The translations under genes and the position numbers were made by a program. Below are positions 61,106-64,000 of a stretch of DNA of 64,000 nucleotides, piece after piece. This DNA comes from Tubulanus polymorphus (Eukaryota > Animalia > Nemertea): positions 25,196,560-25,260,559 of the forward strand of contig NC_134027.1 of the NCBI RefSeq assembly GCF_964204645.1. The letters are read 5' to 3'. Position 1 is the stretch's first letter; every line of letters starts with the position of its first letter. The notes below the pieces were generated by a model that saw nothing but the letters and a program-made list of their open reading frames with translations, did no database searches and was not told the DNA's origin.

Positions 61106-61881
61106 CCAGGTTAAAAGCCACAACTGTGGAACTGGGTCTAGCGTCTTTAGATTGTGCTCCTCCAGTAGAGAAATCATCTGCATCTTTCGCTTGTATTCTT
61201 TCTGCTTTTGGAATTTTCTGGCAATTCTTCCGACACTGCGATGGCTGGAAGACTCCGTGCACGAGGAAATGTCGACTTCATCATAAAATTTCCACTGACA
61301 CCACGTTTGTTTCGTATCTTACGTCTGCCACCCATCTTTTGGAGGAGCACGAGCGAAAGTAGTCCATGATTCGATACTTTTGACCTCTCTGGGTATTTAA
61401 GTTTAATCGCTTTAAGAGTTTATATCCAGGTCAGCAGATAAATGAAAAATATATCGAATATGTTTTATTTCAAATTCTCAACAACTGTTAATATAGCGCA
61501 CCTTGATATAGTATATTTGTTCAAAGCGATTCATGAGAATTGTATAATTTGCGAATACAAATGTATTCCGATATTTCAACTACCAGTGATGCGGTGGTGT
61601 TAACCGGTACCAGGGCCCATGAAAAGGTTTTCGATCTTTTCTTCATAAGTTTTGTTTATTTTGAGTTCTGGGTCCAGTTCCTCAGTGGTCGTTTGATTTT
61701 GACTTGCTATAAGAACATCGAAAATCTAGTTACACGTTCTGAGCTAAGAATTTCACTCTACTGATGTCTGATTGAAAATTAATTACTTTAATCAAGAGTT
61801 TACTTCTGTTTTCTGATTCCATTGCCACAGATTGTTCAAAGAAAACTAAACTTGAATTATTACTAAAAAAAACTTGTATTA

Positions 61882-62101
61882 GGCCAAAAAAAATTGATAC
61901 CTTGTTTCTCCGCTCTGCTGAGCTTAAATGTTGACCCGGCCGGCCGCCTATCTACCCTATACATTACTTTTTTTAAAATCGTGATCAATTTCACCATAAC
62001 AGACCCGGCCGCTATAGAAATGAACTGTTTATAAATTTTATCATATTTTACAAAAATGACCCGGCCGCTGCGGAGAAACAAGGTATCATTTTTGTTTAGC
62101 C
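61882..62101. mobile_element. MITE with long TIRs and TTA TSD (PIF/Harbinger-like)
   Basis: TTA|ggccaaaaaaaattgataccttgtttctccgc ... gcggagaaacaaggtatcatttttgtttagcc|TTA. Confidence 0.75.
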
Positions 62102-62463
62102 TTATGACTACTGTTGTGGACCTGGGTCCGGATCTAAATTTTAACTCTGAACCCTGTGGCGCTGGGTCAAAAGAGTAATATGTGAAGAAGATCTTGTTTA
62201 TAGCTAATAAACTAACAGGGCATTGAGTCCTATTTTGGATATATTGAAAAATAAATGTATATTCAGAAAATGTCATTGTATTTGTCTTAGTGTCGTTGGT
62301 GGGAAAGTTTTTGATTTGAGGAGGTTAAAATGGAATAGAATGGTGTGCTAGTGGAAAAACTTAAGTATTCTCGCCGTCGTCTCTTTGTCAAATTCTCGTG
62401 TGGAGACTGAGCGCACAGAACCGCTATTGCGAACATTTTTGTGACGTAACATGACCAAACTTA

Positions 62464-62527
62464 GACGAGAAGATACACAATATCCGTGTATGATGATCGA
62501 GAGAAATCCCACAATAACGAAGCCAAG
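62464..62527. mobile_element. Penelope-like pLTR end fragment
   Basis: Nearly identical to 59764-59829 (gacgagaagatacacaatatccgtgta...gagagaaatcccacaataacgaagccaa). Confidence 0.65.
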
Positions 62528-63369
62528 ATTGAAAAATTCTACATCAATTGATTACATTTGAGGAGTGACGGTTAGCCATCATCATGAAAGTAAAAACTGC
62601 AAAGATTATTAAATGAATCGTAAACGGTGTCATTTAAAAGGCAGGAGGGCTTATAAACCATCCTAAACGAATCATACACTGTCACCCTACCCTGCCCCCC
62701 TCAATTTCCATAATTAATTCAACCAAACTTTGAAGACACACTGCCGTAGTTTGAACGTTTATTCGAGGAAAAAGCTGCAGAATAGAATGGAAGATCATAC
62801 ACGTTCGATTAAAATGCGTTGATGCCTAGGAGTTATACTGGGAGTTAGCTTTGATTATATAGCTAGCCATCGATTACTCAATAATTCATCTATTACAACA
62901 GAAATGTAAGCAGTAGTGTGACACAAAAGACAGGCGAATACCCTGCAGATCAAAGCGCTTATCGGTACGGATCGTTTTCGAGTTGCGAAATCGTGGCCGA
63001 GTCGTATTTTTAAACGAGGAACCCAAATTGTGGTCGTGGCATCACGGTGGTATCTCGATATCATTTTAGTTGACCCCGGTCTCCGGTATAGTTCATGCTC
63101 AATGCGAGCAGGAATAATCCTGCCGTGACTACTCATGCGCAGTCTATAGATTGACCAGATATGTCGGTTTTGGATTGTTCTGGTACAAACCAGTTTGGCG
63201 ATGTACGACAAAAGGTCACGTTATTGTCACGCGGTGACGGCTGCGGGCTCAGTTCTGTACGCGAGAATTTTACGATGAAACATCGTGTGAAATACCTCTG
63301 GTTTTTTCCTAGGAGACTTGAGTCTTGACTTATATAGCTAGCCATCGATTACTCAATAATTGATCTCAC

Positions 63370-63915
63370 CCCTTCTATCGACTTCATCAACTCCCAATAT
63401 GCATCTTCGAAATTCACTTGTTAATGGGGATAAAATGACCAAATTCCGTTTTTAGATGTTCTAGTTCATAATAAATATTCTCATTTGATTTCCTCGGTCT
63501 ACCGTAAACCTGCTATAAGTAGTAAAGGAAAAATAATGCAAGTAGGATCCAGAATGAGTGGGTTTCGTTCGACGCTAGCTCTCTGTTTACCAATGTCACT
63601 CTCGCGCCTACCTTGGATTTTCTCAAACGTAAACTTCCCTCGTTGGACTTCAATTATGATATTCCTACTGATCGTATCATTGAATTAATTGGAATTAGCG
63701 CTCAGAACCCCTTTTTCAGTTTTAATAATTCATATTTTGAACAGGTCTTTGGCATGTCCACGGGGAACCCCCTTAGCCCCATTTTAGCAAATTTATTTGA
63801 TGTGTTGATGACGTTCTTGAACTTATTCCTTGCGATTTTGATATTGATTTATTTCTCTCATTCATAACTCTTTTTACCCCGATCGTTGAACTTCACATTT
63901 GAATTGGAAGTTGAT
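63370..63915 (+). pseudogene. Fragmented Penelope-like reverse transcriptase
   Basis: IPFLDVLVHNK..ISSVYRKP (~63443-63511); FD.SSLFTNV (~63567-63598); ELI..NPFFSFNNSYFEQVFGMSTGNPLSPILANLF (63680-63798); frameshifted and out of normal order. Confidence 0.8.
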
Positions 63916-64000
63916 GTGATCAGAGGAATCTAAATGATCCGTCCTCCACAAATCGGCCTGCATCCACCCGGACATCACACTTCTGCACATGGATCCAGCT

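Overview
AT-rich, intron-rich animal genomic DNA, probably from a spiralian/lophotrochozoan invertebrate (taxon inferred, not established). I reconstructed four multi-exon genes by hand from GT-AG boundaries and reading phase, arranged as two head-to-head pairs: METAP2 (-, 1579-10015) / TTLL3/8-like tubulin glycylase (+, 10694 to 26591, possibly 30432), and CERK (-, 35415-47989) / TBC1D22 (+, 48577-59180). A rhodopsin-class GPCR with an uninterrupted ORF lies antisense inside a METAP2 intron, next to a dead duplicate of its own 5' end. Introns hold many short non-autonomous DNA transposons (Harbinger-like, piggyBac-like, Tc1/pogo-like), minisatellites, and Penelope-like retroelement pieces. 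Best observations: (1) a second exon encoding the TBC catalytic IxxDxxR arginine finger, suggesting mutually exclusive splicing, with the two versions resembling vertebrate TBC1D22B and TBC1D22A respectively; (2) a 258-bp TSD-flanked hairpin element with two tandem minimal hammerhead ribozyme motifs, plus two more copies with compensatory stem II changes; (3) the CERK-TBC1D22 divergent arrangement also seen in human; (4) candidate alternative terminal exons and an internal X-box promoter in TTLL3, a 27-nt CERK microexon, and an array of decoy splice acceptors. Human sequences and map positions are quoted from memory and need checking.
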